A model generated the notes under the pieces. It saw only the letters and a program-made list of their open reading frames with translations, did not search any database and was not told where the DNA came from. From the NCBI GenBank assembly GCA_938075155.1, contig CALJGL010000001.1, positions 20,181 through 84,180 on the forward strand: a stretch of DNA of 64,000 nucleotides, written 5' to 3'. Below, piece after piece: positions 12,492 through 22,577 of this stretch. The DNA comes from an uncultured bacterium. GTDB taxonomy: Bacteria; Planctomycetota; UBA8108; UBA1146. Within the stretch, counting starts at the first letter, position 1. Every line of letters starts with the position of its first letter. Position numbers and translations under genes: made by a program.

Positions 12492-13295
12492 TCAGGTTTT
12501 TTCTACTTGCCAGTATTCTAGGTCTACCGGAGTGTCCCTGCCGAAAATCGTGACCATCACGCGTAGCTTTCCGGTCTTCGGCTGAATCTCCTCGACAACA
12601 CCCTCGAAATTCTCGAAGGGGCCGTCCTTGACCTTTACTGCATCATTCTTCTTCACGTCAATCTTCAGTTCGGGCTGCACTTCACTTTCGCGCTGCTCCA
12701 TCATGTCTCTCAGTTTCCTGACTTCTTCAGGCGTCATAGGCATCGGTTTATCGACGGCTCCGCCACCGACAAATGATCCGACTCCTTGAACTTCGCACAA
12801 CAGGTACCAGATCTCGTCAACCAACTGACACTCCATGAAGAAGTAGCCTTGGTAAAGTTTCTGTTCCCGCACACGCTTCTTGCCGTCTTTAATCTCGATG
12901 ATTTTCTGTTTCGGAACTGCAATGTTCCTTACATATTTATCGAGACCACTGAGTGCCAACTTTCTCTCGACCTTGCGAGAAAGAGTATCCTCTCGGCCAT
13001 TCGCCACTTTGACAACGTACCACTCATGAGTGAGTTCGTCTTCCATGCCGGCTTCTGGCTTGATCATGCTGGGCATCACCGGAGCAGGAGACTCTTCCGT
13101 CTCCTCGTCGGCATCCTCAACATGACTGTCAGCCGCTTCCATTTCACTAGAAGCGTCTTGTTCCTCTTCGAAAGTTCCGCCAGAGGCTTCCATGCCTTCG
13201 ACAGATGTATCATCGGATCCGGATTCTCCAGACACGATTGATCCCTCACCCACTTCGGGTTCGACTTCCTCGGAGTTCAAAGATTCGGAAATCAT
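12492..13295 (-). CDS. nusG: Transcription termination/antitermination factor NusG with a ~95-aa acidic N-terminal extension
   Basis: The NusG NGN and KOW core (EWYVVKV...REDTLS...KVKDGPFENFEGVVEEI...) starts near aa 100. The N-terminus is Ser/Glu/Asp-rich. The start overlaps the secE stop by 4 nt, which supports the long form. Confidence 0.9.
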   Translation of the reverse strand: MISESLNSEEVEPEVGEGSIVSGESGSDDTSVEGMEASGGTFEEEQDASSEMEAADSHVEDADEETEESPAPVMPSMIKPEAGMEDELTHEWYVVKVANGREDTLSRKVERKLALSGLDKYVRNIAVPKQKIIEIKDGKKRVREQKLYQGYFFMECQLVDEIWYLLCEVQGVGSFVGGGAVDKPMPMTPEEVRKLRDMMEQRESEVQPELKIDVKKNDAVKVKDGPFENFEGVVEEIQPKTGKLRVMVTIFGRDTPVDLEYWQVEKT

Positions 13296-13717
13296 CCGTA
13301 TATCACACTTTGCAACTTGCGTAACAATCCGTCAGCAACGGTGATCCAACTCAAGATGATCACGGCAGTGGCAAACACTACCAGAGAGTTCCTGGCTGTC
13401 TCTTCACGAGTCGGCCACGTCACCTTCTTCTCAAGTTCGGCTTCCGTATCGATGAGGAAGTCACTCAAAGTAGGTTTGTTGTAGTACCAGATCCCTGCCA
13501 ACACGAATGGCAAAAGAACACCAACGGAAAGCAGCGATCTGACCTGAACACCGAACTCAAGGAACGGTATCGTGAACAAATCGGCATCTCCGTAGCCGTT
13601 ACCTTCAAGCCAGTCTGCAATGGAAATGGTAGCGAAGAGACCCACGCCAAAAAGGATAATCGCAAGAGCACCGCGTGCCCATTTGCCTTGTCCTTCTTTG
13701 TAGAGACGAAAACTCAT
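13292..13717 (-). CDS. secE: Preprotein translocase subunit SecE, long multi-TM form
   Basis: The gene sits between tRNA-Trp and nusG, as conserved. The product has hydrophobic segments and a SecE-like C-terminal TM helix (...VVFATAVIILSWITVADGLLRKL). Confidence 0.8.
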   Translation of the reverse strand: MSFRLYKEGQGKWARGALAIILFGVGLFATISIADWLEGNGYGDADLFTIPFLEFGVQVRSLLSVGVLLPFVLAGIWYYNKPTLSDFLIDTEAELEKKVTWPTREETARNSLVVFATAVIILSWITVADGLLRKLQSVIYG

Positions 13718-13867
13718 CGACTCTCACCCTTCTCTAAATCGCATCAGCGATTTTTCCAACTACTCGGCATGACGGCACCCTTCGCAAACCTAATGCGAAG
13801 GAAGAACTGTCAGCCTGACGGGCAACGAACTGCATTCAACACGTTACTGATTCGACCCTGCAGAGGT

Positions 13868-13944
13868 TGGCAGGGCAGGGAGGACTCGAACCCCCAACCC
13901 GCGGATTTGGAATCCGCTGCTCTACCAATTGGAGCTACTGCCCT
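13868..13944 (-). tRNA. trpT: tRNA-Trp (anticodon CCA)
   Basis: I folded the cloverleaf by hand: acceptor AGGGCAG/CTGCCCT, D-stem GCTC/GAGC, anticodon stem GCGGA/TCCGC with loop TTCCAAA, T-stem GGGGG/CCTCC, and an encoded 3' CCA. It occupies the canonical position between tuf and secE. Confidence 0.85.
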
Positions 13945-14072
13945 CTAATGTCGAACCTCTCTCAAGCAACCTTCGCTCCCCAATAGCAATCACTACTAAG
14001 GGAGCAGGAACGCCGTGGTACCTCATTGGGCACCACGGCGTTCCCGGTCGAACATACCGGAAAACCGGTCTC

Positions 14073-15257
14073 TTACTGAAGCACTTTACTCACCACACCA
14101 GCACCGACAGTCTTGCCTCCTTCGCGAATAGCGAAGCGCAAGCCCTCGTCCATGGCGATAGGCTGGATCAATGTCACTTTGATAGTAGCGTTGTCACCCG
14201 GCATGCACATGTCCGCACCGACAACTTCGGTGTTTCCAGTGACGTCGGTGGTACGGAAGTAGAACTGCGGGCGGTATCCATTGAAGAATGGAGAGTGGCG
14301 TCCACCCTCGTCCTTGGAAAGGATGTATACCTCAGCCTCGAACTCCGTGTGAGGAGTGATACTTCCTGGCTTCGCCAAGACTTGACCCCTGGTCACTTCT
14401 TCTTTCTTGGTTCCACGAAGAAGCGCACCCACGTTGTCGCCAGCCTGACCCTCATCAAGAGTCTTCTGGAACATCTCGACACCGGTGCAAACCGTTTTCT
14501 GGGTATCTCTGATTCCCACGATTTCGATCTCGTCACCTGTCTTGACGATGCCCTGCTCGATACGACCCGTCACCACGGTTCCACGACCCTCAATGGAGAA
14601 CACGTCCTCCACAGGCATCAGGAAGTCCTTGGCGGAATCACGCTCAGGAATATCGATGTATTCATCGACACTCTTCATGAGCTCGAGGATCGGTGCAGCG
14701 GCATCGCTACCTGGAGCTTCAAGAGCTTTCAACGCAGACCCCTTGATGATCGGAATGTCATCTCCTGGGAATTCGTAAACGCTCAGAAGTTCGCGGATCT
14801 CCATTTCGACGAGCTCGATGAGCTCCTCGTCATCGACCATGTCGGCCTTGTTCATGAAGACAACGATCTTCGGCACTCCTACCTGGCGAGCCAGAAGGAT
14901 GTGCTCCCGAGTTTGGGGCATCGGACCGTCAGCAGCAGAAACCACCAGAATAGCGCCATCCATTTGGGCGGCTCCGGTGATCATGTTTTTGACGTAGTCC
15001 GCGTGTCCCGGACAATCGACGTGAGCGTAATGACGCGCTTCCGTCATATATTCAACGTGAGCGGTGGCAATCGTGATACCACGCTCTCTTTCCTCAGGTG
15101 CATTATCGATCTGGTCAAACGCCTGCTTCTCGGACAGACCGGCCTCGGCGAGCACATTCGTGATCGCTGCGGTCAAGGTCGTTTTTCCGTGGTCGACGTG
15201 ACCGATGGTTCCGATGTTGCAATGAGGCTTGTCGCGTACGAAGACTTCCTTCGCCAT
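14073..15257 (-). CDS. tuf: Elongation factor Tu
   Basis: The translation [33 protein letters not shown]...[26 protein letters not shown] is canonical EF-Tu (394 aa). Confidence 0.97.
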   Translation of the reverse strand: MAKEVFVRDKPHCNIGTIGHVDHGKTTLTAAITNVLAEAGLSEKQAFDQIDNAPEERERGITIATAHVEYMTEARHYAHVDCPGHADYVKNMITGAAQMDGAILVVSAADGPMPQTREHILLARQVGVPKIVVFMNKADMVDDEELIELVEMEIRELLSVYEFPGDDIPIIKGSALKALEAPGSDAAAPILELMKSVDEYIDIPERDSAKDFLMPVEDVFSIEGRGTVVTGRIEQGIVKTGDEIEIVGIRDTQKTVCTGVEMFQKTLDEGQAGDNVGALLRGTKKEEVTRGQVLAKPGSITPHTEFEAEVYILSKDEGGRHSPFFNGYRPQFYFRTTDVTGNTEVVGADMCMPGDNATIKVTLIQPIAMDEGLRFAIREGGKTVGAGVVSKVLQ

Positions 15258-15396
15258 GATCCAATCTCCTCGCCCTCAGACCGACTTTCATCGATCGCTA
15301 GGGTCTCTTTTCCCGCCCCACCTGCCACCCTCGTGACACGGCTACGGCGTAACTATTCTTGATTTATCCCTACACTCGTGTGCAGGTCCGATTGTC

Positions 15397-15472
15397 TGGA
15401 GCTGCTGACGGGACTTGAACCCGTGACCTCGTCCTTACCAAGGACGTGCTCTACCAGCTGAGCTACAGCAGC
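15397..15472 (-). tRNA. thrT: tRNA-Thr (anticodon GGT)
   Basis: The reverse complement GCTGCTGTAGCTCAGCTGGTAGAGCACGTCCTTGGTAAGGACGAGGTCACGGGTTCAAGTCCCGTCAGCAGCTCCA folds with acceptor GCTGCTG/CAGCAGC, anticodon loop CTTGGTAAG and T-arm ACGGG/CCCGT. Confidence 0.85.
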
Positions 15473-15526
15473 CCTGTTCTCTAATGTCAATACAACACGA
15501 CTTCACATCTGCGTTGCTGAATTCCT

Positions 15527-15600
15527 TGGAGCGGGTGATGGGAATCGAACCCACATGACCAGCTTGGAAGGCTGGGGCTTTACCACTAAGCTACACCCGC
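15527..15600 (-). tRNA. glyT: tRNA-Gly (anticodon TCC)
   Basis: The reverse complement GCGGGTGTAGCTTAGTGGTAAAGCCCCAGCCTTCCAAGCTGG...GGGTTCGATTCCCATCACCCGCTCCA has anticodon loop CTTCCAA and a TTCGATT T-loop. Confidence 0.85.
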
Positions 15601-15988
15601 AAAATGTTCACACTGTCAATGCGACTCCTGGGTCTTCAGTTTGTCGCGCCGCAACAAAACCGACCACGCAGAAGTCAAACGTCAACTCGCAACGAAGTGA
15701 TCCTTCGAACGTGTCGAAACTTCTTTCAACACTCTAGGAAAAGTGGGGCGTCAAAAGACGTCCTCTTTTTCCTCGACGATACCTTCGCTCTGCATCTCTC
15801 TTCGCCTGCATCTCTTTAAGTAGTTGCACTCAGCGAAACTTGTCACTCAGCGAAACTTTCTAGACAGCAGCTTTCACTCAGGGGGAATCTCTGAAACTCC
15901 CGTGAAGTGCGAAGAGTGCAATAAGACGACTTAAGGACGCTTCTTTCAAGCAAATCCGCTTATTTGGCTAAAAAGAGGACGAAGAGAC

Positions 15989-16069
15989 TGGGGGCGGTAG
16001 GATTCGAACCTACGTAGCTGACGCACTTGGTTTACAGCCAAGTCCCTTTAACCACTCGGGCACACCCCC
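15989..16069 (-). tRNA. tyrU: tRNA-Tyr (anticodon GTA), class II with a long variable arm
   Basis: The reverse complement GGGGGTGTGCCCGAGTGGTTAAAGGGACTTGGCTGTAAACCAAG-TGCGTCAGCTACGTA-GGTTCGAATCCTACCGCCCCCA has a GTA anticodon. The acceptor is GGGGGTG/CGCCCCC and the T-arm GTAGG/CCTAC. Confidence 0.85.
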
Positions 16070-16202
16070 CCGATTCTCTTCGTTCTCTTTCCGGCTCCTG
16101 AACAGTACACACGTCAGGAAATTACTGACAATTCAGCACTTCCTCACCTTGTCTCTCACCCGGAATACACCCATAAACCCTTACAATGAAGAGCTTTATG
16201 AA

Positions 16203-16274
16203 AGCTAGCGGTGGGAGTCGAACCCACGACCACCCGCTTACAAGGCGGGAGCTCTACCGCTGAGCTACGCTAGC
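16203..16274 (-). tRNA. thrU: tRNA-Thr (anticodon TGT)
   Basis: The reverse complement GCTAGCGTAGCTCAGCGGTAGAGCTCCCGCCTTGTAAGCGGGTGGTCGTGGGTTCGACTCCCACCGCTAGCT has anticodon loop CTTGTAA. It is the first tRNA of a thrU-tyrU-glyT-thrT-tuf type array. Confidence 0.85.
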
Positions 16275-16359
16275 CCAGGTGTCTTGCGAGAAGAACGATA
16301 TCGACAGGTTTAGTTTCCTGCAAGCCTCTCCGAAAGATCGATCCTGATTCCCTAAGAAA

Positions 16360-17796
16360 CTATCGAATACGGGACCATGTCATTCCCTCAGGTCCATCCT
16401 CAATCAATATGCCGGATTCTTGCAATTTATCCCGTAATTCATCGGCAAGAGCCCAGTCTTTGTCATTTCGGGCCTGTTCACGTCCCAACACCCAAGACTG
16501 CTGCTCTTCCGATAATCTGTCCTCTTCCGATGTTTCCTCGACAAAAATTACTCCAAGAATTTCATCACAGTGGCTCAAAAATCCCAAAGCGAGCCTCGCC
16601 GAGTCCCCCTTGGGCTCCTGTCGCCCCAGAGATCGAACCGTTTCATGGAGCACTCCGAGGGCTCCAGAAATGTTGAGATCGTCATCGATGGCGTCATTGA
16701 ATCCATTTCTGGCGGTCTCGATTTCAACCTCTAATCCTTCGATGACTTCTGAAGGATCGGTACTCCACTTTTCCAACTTCTCACGCAAGGATCGGATTCT
16801 TTGCAAAGCTTTGGCATCTCCATCCAGTCCTCCGATGGTGAAATTCATCGGCTGCCTGTAGTGACTTGCGATCAAGCTGTAACGAATTTCGTAACCTCTG
16901 TAACCCTTCTCAATAAGATCATTGATGGTGTAGAAGTTACCTTTGCTTTTCGACATCTTTTCACCGTCGACAAGAAGATGCCGAGCATGGACCCAAACTT
17001 TCGCAAACTCTCCTGTACCGGATCCGACTGATTGCGCAATCTCACATTCATGGTGAGGAAAAATATTATCCTCACCACCGGTGTGAATATCGAAGGTACC
17101 ACCCAAGAATTTGTAGCTCATTGCAGAACATTCGATATGCCAACCAGGGAATCCTTTTCCCCAAGGACTGTCCCACTGCATGAGGTGTTTTTCATCGATT
17201 TTCCAAAGTGCAAAGTCGTGCGCTGATTCTTTCCGATCGTCCACGGCAACTCTTGATCCCGAATCAAGATTCTCAACAGTGTTTCCGGAAAGACATCCAT
17301 ATTGATCAAATGCGTTGACTCGAAAATACACCCCGACACCTTCGACCGAATAGGCAAGACCATTATCAATGAGCTGCTCAATCATCTCGATCATCTCTGG
17401 AATGTGATCCGTCGCTCTTGGGTACTCGTGAGCCTTGCGCACGTGAAGTTGATCGGCGTTCTCGTGGAAAATTTGTTCGTAGTTCCTTGCGATCTCGAAG
17501 GGATCTAAACCCTCTTCACGTGCTTTCTTTTCTAGCTTGTCTTCCCCTGTTGCGTCTGCCACGTCATCTGTCGTCAGATGCCCCACATCCGTAATATTCA
17601 TGATCTGAGTCGTCTTGTAACCCCTTTGATCACAAGCCCTCCTCAACAAATCTGCCATGAGGAATGAACGGAAATTTCCAATGTGAGGATCGCTGTAGAC
17701 TGTAGGTCCACAGTTGTACATACGAACCTCGCCCGCGTGGATGGGTTCGAGTTCAACGAGGGCATTCGCCATAGTGTTCCAGAGCTTGAGAGTCAT
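16360..17796 (-). CDS. cysS: Cysteine--tRNA ligase
   Basis: The product carries the class I HIGH-type motif (PTVYSDPHIGNFRS) and KMSKSKGN (478 aa). Confidence 0.95.
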   Translation of the reverse strand: MTLKLWNTMANALVELEPIHAGEVRMYNCGPTVYSDPHIGNFRSFLMADLLRRACDQRGYKTTQIMNITDVGHLTTDDVADATGEDKLEKKAREEGLDPFEIARNYEQIFHENADQLHVRKAHEYPRATDHIPEMIEMIEQLIDNGLAYSVEGVGVYFRVNAFDQYGCLSGNTVENLDSGSRVAVDDRKESAHDFALWKIDEKHLMQWDSPWGKGFPGWHIECSAMSYKFLGGTFDIHTGGEDNIFPHHECEIAQSVGSGTGEFAKVWVHARHLLVDGEKMSKSKGNFYTINDLIEKGYRGYEIRYSLIASHYRQPMNFTIGGLDGDAKALQRIRSLREKLEKWSTDPSEVIEGLEVEIETARNGFNDAIDDDLNISGALGVLHETVRSLGRQEPKGDSARLALGFLSHCDEILGVIFVEETSEEDRLSEEQQSWVLGREQARNDKDWALADELRDKLQESGILIEDGPEGMTWSRIR

Positions 17797-18383
17797 CAGT
17801 TTCCCGTCCTCTCTAGTTGAACGATGGCGAAAGTATCGACAGCGAGGCCTTCACCCACAGGTCCGAGACCTTCAGCGGTCTTTGCTTTCAGACCAATAGC
17901 ATCTTCGGAGATGCCCAACAGTTGAGCGAGATTCATTTTCATCTTCGGTACATACTCCTTGAGTCGGGGTTTTTCCAAGTGGACAACCGTATCAATCTGA
18001 ACTGGAACCCATCCTTTTTTTCCCGCGAGCAGAAGAACCTCTTCGATCAATCTTGTCGAATCGACATCTTTCCAGCGAGGATCGTCATCTGGGAAATGAG
18101 TTCCAATGTCACTTTCACCGCACCCTCCCAAAATCGCATCCGCTAAAGCATGTAATAATGCATCTCCATCCGAATGGGCGACTGCTTTTAAAGGAGAAGG
18201 GATTCTTATTCCTGCGAGAACCAAATACTCGCCTTCTTCAAGACGATGACGATCAGTCCCCAGCCCCACTCTTCTCGACGGGGTTTCAGATTCGGGTGAA
18301 GAATCAGCTTTCGACAAGTGATCGGGTTGCATCGATGCTTGATCATCATTCAACGTCATAGATTCACTCCTGTAATCAAACAC
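17796..18383 (-). CDS. ispF: 2-C-methyl-D-erythritol 2,4-cyclodiphosphate synthase
   Basis: The translation ...GLGTDRHRLEEG..L.LAGIRIP...AHSDGDALLHALADAILGG...GTHFPDDDP...D is the IspF signature. The N-terminus carries a ~40-aa extension, and the stop overlaps the cysS start. Confidence 0.9.
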   Translation of the reverse strand: MFDYRSESMTLNDDQASMQPDHLSKADSSPESETPSRRVGLGTDRHRLEEGEYLVLAGIRIPSPLKAVAHSDGDALLHALADAILGGCGESDIGTHFPDDDPRWKDVDSTRLIEEVLLLAGKKGWVPVQIDTVVHLEKPRLKEYVPKMKMNLAQLLGISEDAIGLKAKTAEGLGPVGEGLAVDTFAIVQLERTGN

Positions 18384-18467
18384 TCATGCATTCAAACACT
18401 CATGAGAGGCTGTTGATTGAGGATTGTAGGGCCTCTGGGGTCTTCTTGCGAGTTTCTACAGCGATAC

Positions 18468-18511
18468 AAAAAAAAAGGGTCCCCGGGAATGAAACCCGGG
18501 GACCCTTTTTC
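18468..18511. terminator. Bidirectional rho-independent terminator
   Basis: An A-run precedes GGGTCCCCGGG-aatgaaa-CCCGGGGACCC and a T-run follows it. The hairpin lies between the convergently arranged ends of ispF and the porin-like gene. Confidence 0.6.
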
Positions 18512-18529
18512 AATCGTTGTCAGAAAAAA

Positions 18530-19921
18530 TCAGAAACGAACTTCTGAAGTCAGAGTCATCACTTCAACTCCAGAGCCGACACCCAATGCCTTGGCATTTT
18601 GAAGTGTGCCTGCATTGAAGTGGAAAGTCAGGAAATCTGTTGCTCTGTATGTAGCGCGAATATCAAACTCGTCACCCAACTTGTCACTATTGTTGGAGGG
18701 GTTCGATCCAAATCCTCCCGAGTTCGAGTTCAAGTACGCGTATGCGTACATGGCCTGAATCGACCACTCCGGAGAAAGATTCATTCCTCCTTTGAACTTG
18801 AAGGCTCTGTAGTTGGTATCGAGATCGAGTCCATAGTAGGCGTCTTCGAGAACCACTGTGTCATTGTTGAACTCGTAGGAGACGAAGTTTCCGTTTTTCC
18901 CGTCAGCGGAATCACTGTCACCGGAGTAATCCCAAATGGAGACATCGATCCATGGCGCAGAATCATCTTCGATCTCTGGAATGTCGTAACGGACTCCCGC
19001 AAGGAAAGCATGTGCATCCTGGTCGATCGTGCCGCTTCCTACTCCAGATCCGTAATCACCGGTCTGAAGGTAGAGTTCACCGTAAAACTTGAGTCCATCC
19101 TCACCCGAAACATTGGCTCCACCACCGAAGGTGAACAAATCAGAGCCTCCGTCATTCTTGGTGTTGACGAATGTGAATCCCATATGACCGCTGTAGTCCC
19201 CAGCATCGAGAGGCATGTTGTAGACGAATCCAAACAAGGACTCATCATTCAGCGAAGAGAGATCGAACATGAGCACGTCGACGGAGTTCTCACCCAAATC
19301 GTAGTACCCCACCACGCCGGACGGATTCAGCGAATCAACAAGACCCGCAGAGCTGGCCTGAGGAGTCCCGACATCAAAGCCTGCATTGGGGTTATCAAAA
19401 GCGCTCTCTGAATTTCCGAGACTCAGGAACATGGGATTCCCGTTTCCGGCCAAATCAAGATCGTAATGAACCAATCCCATTTCAAGATTCAGATCAGGGT
19501 TCATAGCACCCTTCCAACTGATCTTCGCTTCATCCACTCCGAGCGGAAGTTGCCCGTCACGCAGATTTTCACTGGCGTCAAACGGAGTCTCTAGACTGAT
19601 GAGAGCATTCACTCCCTCAGACACTTCTGCGTCCAATTCGATTTGGAAGATGGGATCGATAAAGAATCCGTCGCGCACAGGCTCAGCCCAATTTGCGGCC
19701 AGCGGATTTGCTGCTCCACCCGAACCGTTCCCGAGTGCGGCGTCTCCGAAACTGCTGCTACGGTCCACGAATGAAAGAGACAGGTCACCACTAATGGTTA
19801 ACCTCAACGCTCTCTTGGGTTTGACATCTCCACCGATGGTTGTCTGAGCATCTGAGACACCACCCACTAGAAGAGTCGCAACAAAGGCGATCAAAGTGAC
19901 GACATTATGAGTTTTTAACAT
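18530..19921 (-). CDS. Outer-membrane beta-barrel protein, porin-like
   Basis: The product has an N-terminal signal peptide (MLKTHNVVTLIAFVATLLVGGVSDAQT), is rich in Gly/Asp/Asn/Tyr/Ser, and ends in an aromatic residue (...TSEVRF), as typical for OMP beta-barrels. Confidence 0.55.
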   Translation of the reverse strand: MLKTHNVVTLIAFVATLLVGGVSDAQTTIGGDVKPKRALRLTISGDLSLSFVDRSSSFGDAALGNGSGGAANPLAANWAEPVRDGFFIDPIFQIELDAEVSEGVNALISLETPFDASENLRDGQLPLGVDEAKISWKGAMNPDLNLEMGLVHYDLDLAGNGNPMFLSLGNSESAFDNPNAGFDVGTPQASSAGLVDSLNPSGVVGYYDLGENSVDVLMFDLSSLNDESLFGFVYNMPLDAGDYSGHMGFTFVNTKNDGGSDLFTFGGGANVSGEDGLKFYGELYLQTGDYGSGVGSGTIDQDAHAFLAGVRYDIPEIEDDSAPWIDVSIWDYSGDSDSADGKNGNFVSYEFNNDTVVLEDAYYGLDLDTNYRAFKFKGGMNLSPEWSIQAMYAYAYLNSNSGGFGSNPSNNSDKLGDEFDIRATYRATDFLTFHFNAGTLQNAKALGVGSGVEVMTLTSEVRF

Positions 19922-20144
19922 GGGGTAATTCCCCTTCCCCGCTACAGGGGAGTTCGGATTGAACTCCCGGATCTAAATCGTTGGAAACCGAGGTGCGCAC
20001 CTAAGGGTTGCGATTCACATGAGCCTCGATGCCCACTCTATACCTGACAGGTATCGTGTGAGTCTGCTCAATACGAGGCTCCGGGTCAAGAGAGACGGGG
20101 AAGGACTCCCATATTGTTTCTCTCGATCGCCCGAAAAACCCTTC

Positions 20145-20846
20145 TCAACGCCCCTGAGAAGACGTCATGAACTCGACGAAAAGAAGGTCTGCGGGGGTGG
20201 TAATCTTCGGATTCGGGTGCAGAGACTCCAGCATCTGGACAGGCTGGCCTATATGGGCCATTCCTTCGACCTCGTCGGTTCTTTCGCCATCGGCATGGGC
20301 AAGAGCGGCATGGGCAAGAGCACTTTTCAACAACTCATGACGAAAAACCTGGGGAGTCTGGGCTTGCCATAGGTTCTCTCGGTCGACGATTTCATTCCAG
20401 CAGGCATTTCCGTCCCCCCGGTGCAGTGTGTCCGTTACCGGACTTGCCAGAATTGCTGCGCCGGACCTCTCCGCTTCCTCAAGAACCCTGGCCAGATCAT
20501 CGGGGTGCAACAAGGGTCTCGCCGCATCATGGATCGCGACCAAGTCGTCACCGGCGGCCTCAATGGCCTCAAATCCCCTTCGAACACTTTCTCTCCGAGA
20601 ATGTCCACCGACGACGACTTTCGAGGAAAGGTCCCCCAGTTCGATCGACTTGATCCAGTTCGCTGCAATTTCGACATCGTCTGAGTGAACCACCAGAATC
20701 AGACCTTCACACCCGGCATGCTGACAACTCGCCCGCGCTGAAATCGTGGCCAAAGCTTGCCCTGAAATTTGAACGGCAGCCTTTCTTACAGGCTGGCCCA
20801 GCCGAGTTCCATCTCCAGCAGCGACCACTATGGACCAGTACCGCAT
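20145..20846 (-). CDS. ispD: 2-C-methyl-D-erythritol 4-phosphate cytidylyltransferase
   Basis: The N-terminus MRYWSIVVAAGDGTRLG is the IspD P-loop-like motif (233 aa). Confidence 0.9.
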   Translation of the reverse strand: MRYWSIVVAAGDGTRLGQPVRKAAVQISGQALATISARASCQHAGCEGLILVVHSDDVEIAANWIKSIELGDLSSKVVVGGHSRRESVRRGFEAIEAAGDDLVAIHDAARPLLHPDDLARVLEEAERSGAAILASPVTDTLHRGDGNACWNEIVDRENLWQAQTPQVFRHELLKSALAHAALAHADGERTDEVEGMAHIGQPVQMLESLHPNPKITTPADLLFVEFMTSSQGR

Positions 20847-22030
20847 CAGGTGAGCCTCCCGGGGTCACTCCCGTGCGGCATGAACAACCGTTCATATTCC
20901 TGCGAACAATATCGATCCGTCATGCCAGCAAGATAATCACACACCGCTCGCTCACGACCAATCTCTGCACAGCGTGCCAAGTGCTCCGAGGGTAACTGTG
21001 CAGGCTCTCTCACAAATTCTTCAAAGAGAGCAGCGACCATGCGTCTCCCCTTCTGGGAAACCCTGACACAGTATGGATCTCGATATAGTTTTTCTTGGAG
21101 GAACCCTTGAAGTTGAGCCTTGTCAGAAGTCATAGAAGGAGAAAAACCCAAGAGCGGACCATCGTGTGATCTCACCTCTGCCACTCCCGTCAAATCCTTG
21201 ATTCTTTCCCGGCTTGTCGTCACGAGATCATTCACTTGATCAGCGATCACTCCCGATACACATCGCGCAACAAATGCGCGGTTCGAGATTCCTCGACCGT
21301 ATCGATCCTCAACCTTTTGCATCGCCCTTTTGAAGATATCGATCAAACTCAATTCTTTCAGATCGAGAACACCGGACCTTAATCCGTCGTCGAGATCGTG
21401 ACTGTCGTAAGCCAACGAATCTCCAATATCAGCGAGTTGTGCTTCAAGCGTAGGGGGCTCGCCTGGTAAAAAAGCGGCCAGTTCAGGTTCATCGAATTTC
21501 CCATAATGCTTCACGATCGATTCACGGACTTCCCAAGACAAATTCAGACCTGGAAATTCCGGATACCTAGACTCGAGAAGATCCACAACGCGAAGAGCAT
21601 GACGATTATGGTTAAATCCGCCATGGCTCGACATCAAGCCTGCCAATTCTCTCTCTCCAGCATGTCCAAATGGTGGATGCCCCACATCGTGAACGAGAGC
21701 GATGGTCTCAACAAGATCCTCATTGAGGTCCAGCCTTCGAGCCACTGCTCTGGAAACCTGAGCCACTTCCAAAGTATGTGTCAATCTCGTTCTGTAATGA
21801 TCGCCTTGATGGTTAGCGAAAACCTGCGTCTTGTATTCCAGTCTTCGAAATGCGGTGCAATGAATCACCCGATCTCTGTCATGCTGATATACAGTCCGAA
21901 ATTCGTCCATCGGCTCGGGGTGCTGACGACCACGACTGTCTCTGCTCCGCATCGCATAGGGAGCCAGAAGCTGATCTTCAACATTCTCCGATCGAAGGCG
22001 GGCCGAAGTGAAATTTTTCTTGTCGTTCAT
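20846..22030 (-). CDS. dgt: dGTP triphosphohydrolase-like HD-domain protein
   Basis: The HD motif ...RTRLTHTLEVAQVSRAVARRL...VHDVGHPPFGHAGE is typical of the dGTPase family. Confidence 0.85.
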   Translation of the reverse strand: MNDKKNFTSARLRSENVEDQLLAPYAMRSRDSRGRQHPEPMDEFRTVYQHDRDRVIHCTAFRRLEYKTQVFANHQGDHYRTRLTHTLEVAQVSRAVARRLDLNEDLVETIALVHDVGHPPFGHAGERELAGLMSSHGGFNHNRHALRVVDLLESRYPEFPGLNLSWEVRESIVKHYGKFDEPELAAFLPGEPPTLEAQLADIGDSLAYDSHDLDDGLRSGVLDLKELSLIDIFKRAMQKVEDRYGRGISNRAFVARCVSGVIADQVNDLVTTSRERIKDLTGVAEVRSHDGPLLGFSPSMTSDKAQLQGFLQEKLYRDPYCVRVSQKGRRMVAALFEEFVREPAQLPSEHLARCAEIGRERAVCDYLAGMTDRYCSQEYERLFMPHGSDPGRLT

Positions 22031-22140
22031 CTACTCCTGATTTCTTTCAACACACCCTCGACTTCTCCTAATGAACTCGACTTTGCCGACAACATTAAAA
22101 CTAACACGATTACTGAATCTGCTCAGTAATAGTGACGTCG

Positions 22141-22560
22141 TCAGGTCCCATTTTCTACTTTTCGAACTCCAGGTTGGCCAATCGGGCAGCGAACTTGAGT
22201 CCCAGAATTCAGTTCGATTTCCTGAAGCTCCGGATTCAAATTTTCGAGCACTGCAAGTTGAAAACCTATTCGATGCGCCACTTGTTCCAAAGATTCCCCG
22301 GGACGTGAAAATACAATCCGAGTCTGGGGCTTTAGAATTTCCGGAGGGTCCTGACGCAGAGGGGATTGATCACCTCCGCCACATCCTGCCCAGAACAGGC
22401 ACAGAATGACCCCAAAAAGAAGATTCACATGGAATCTTTTCGGGGACAAACGATCAAGACCTGCAAAGGTTCCTGGCATGTCTTCTGGTTCCGGACGCAT
22501 CGATCCTCCAGACTGGGCGTGAGAACATGGTAACAGAGTCCGTCGCCTCCGGGGATGCAA
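22141..22560 (-). CDS. Small secreted/membrane protein with a LysM-like domain
   Basis: The product has an N-terminal hydrophobic segment. Its C-terminus (IVFSRPGESLEQVAHRIGFQLAVLENLNPEL...GTQVRCP) fits the LysM pattern. Confidence 0.4.
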   Translation of the reverse strand: MHPRRRRTLLPCSHAQSGGSMRPEPEDMPGTFAGLDRLSPKRFHVNLLFGVILCLFWAGCGGGDQSPLRQDPPEILKPQTRIVFSRPGESLEQVAHRIGFQLAVLENLNPELQEIELNSGTQVRCPIGQPGVRKVENGT

Positions 22561-22577
22561 CGACTTCAGGATTCACG

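Noticed and set aside
13929-15362. 477-aa + strand ORF
   Set aside because: It lies entirely antisense to tuf (EF-Tu), which is unambiguous on the minus strand. It also overlaps tRNA-Trp.
18599-19411. 270-aa + strand ORF
   Set aside because: It is antisense to the porin-like beta-barrel gene, which has a signal peptide and a C-terminal aromatic OMP signature. This looks like a shadow ORF.
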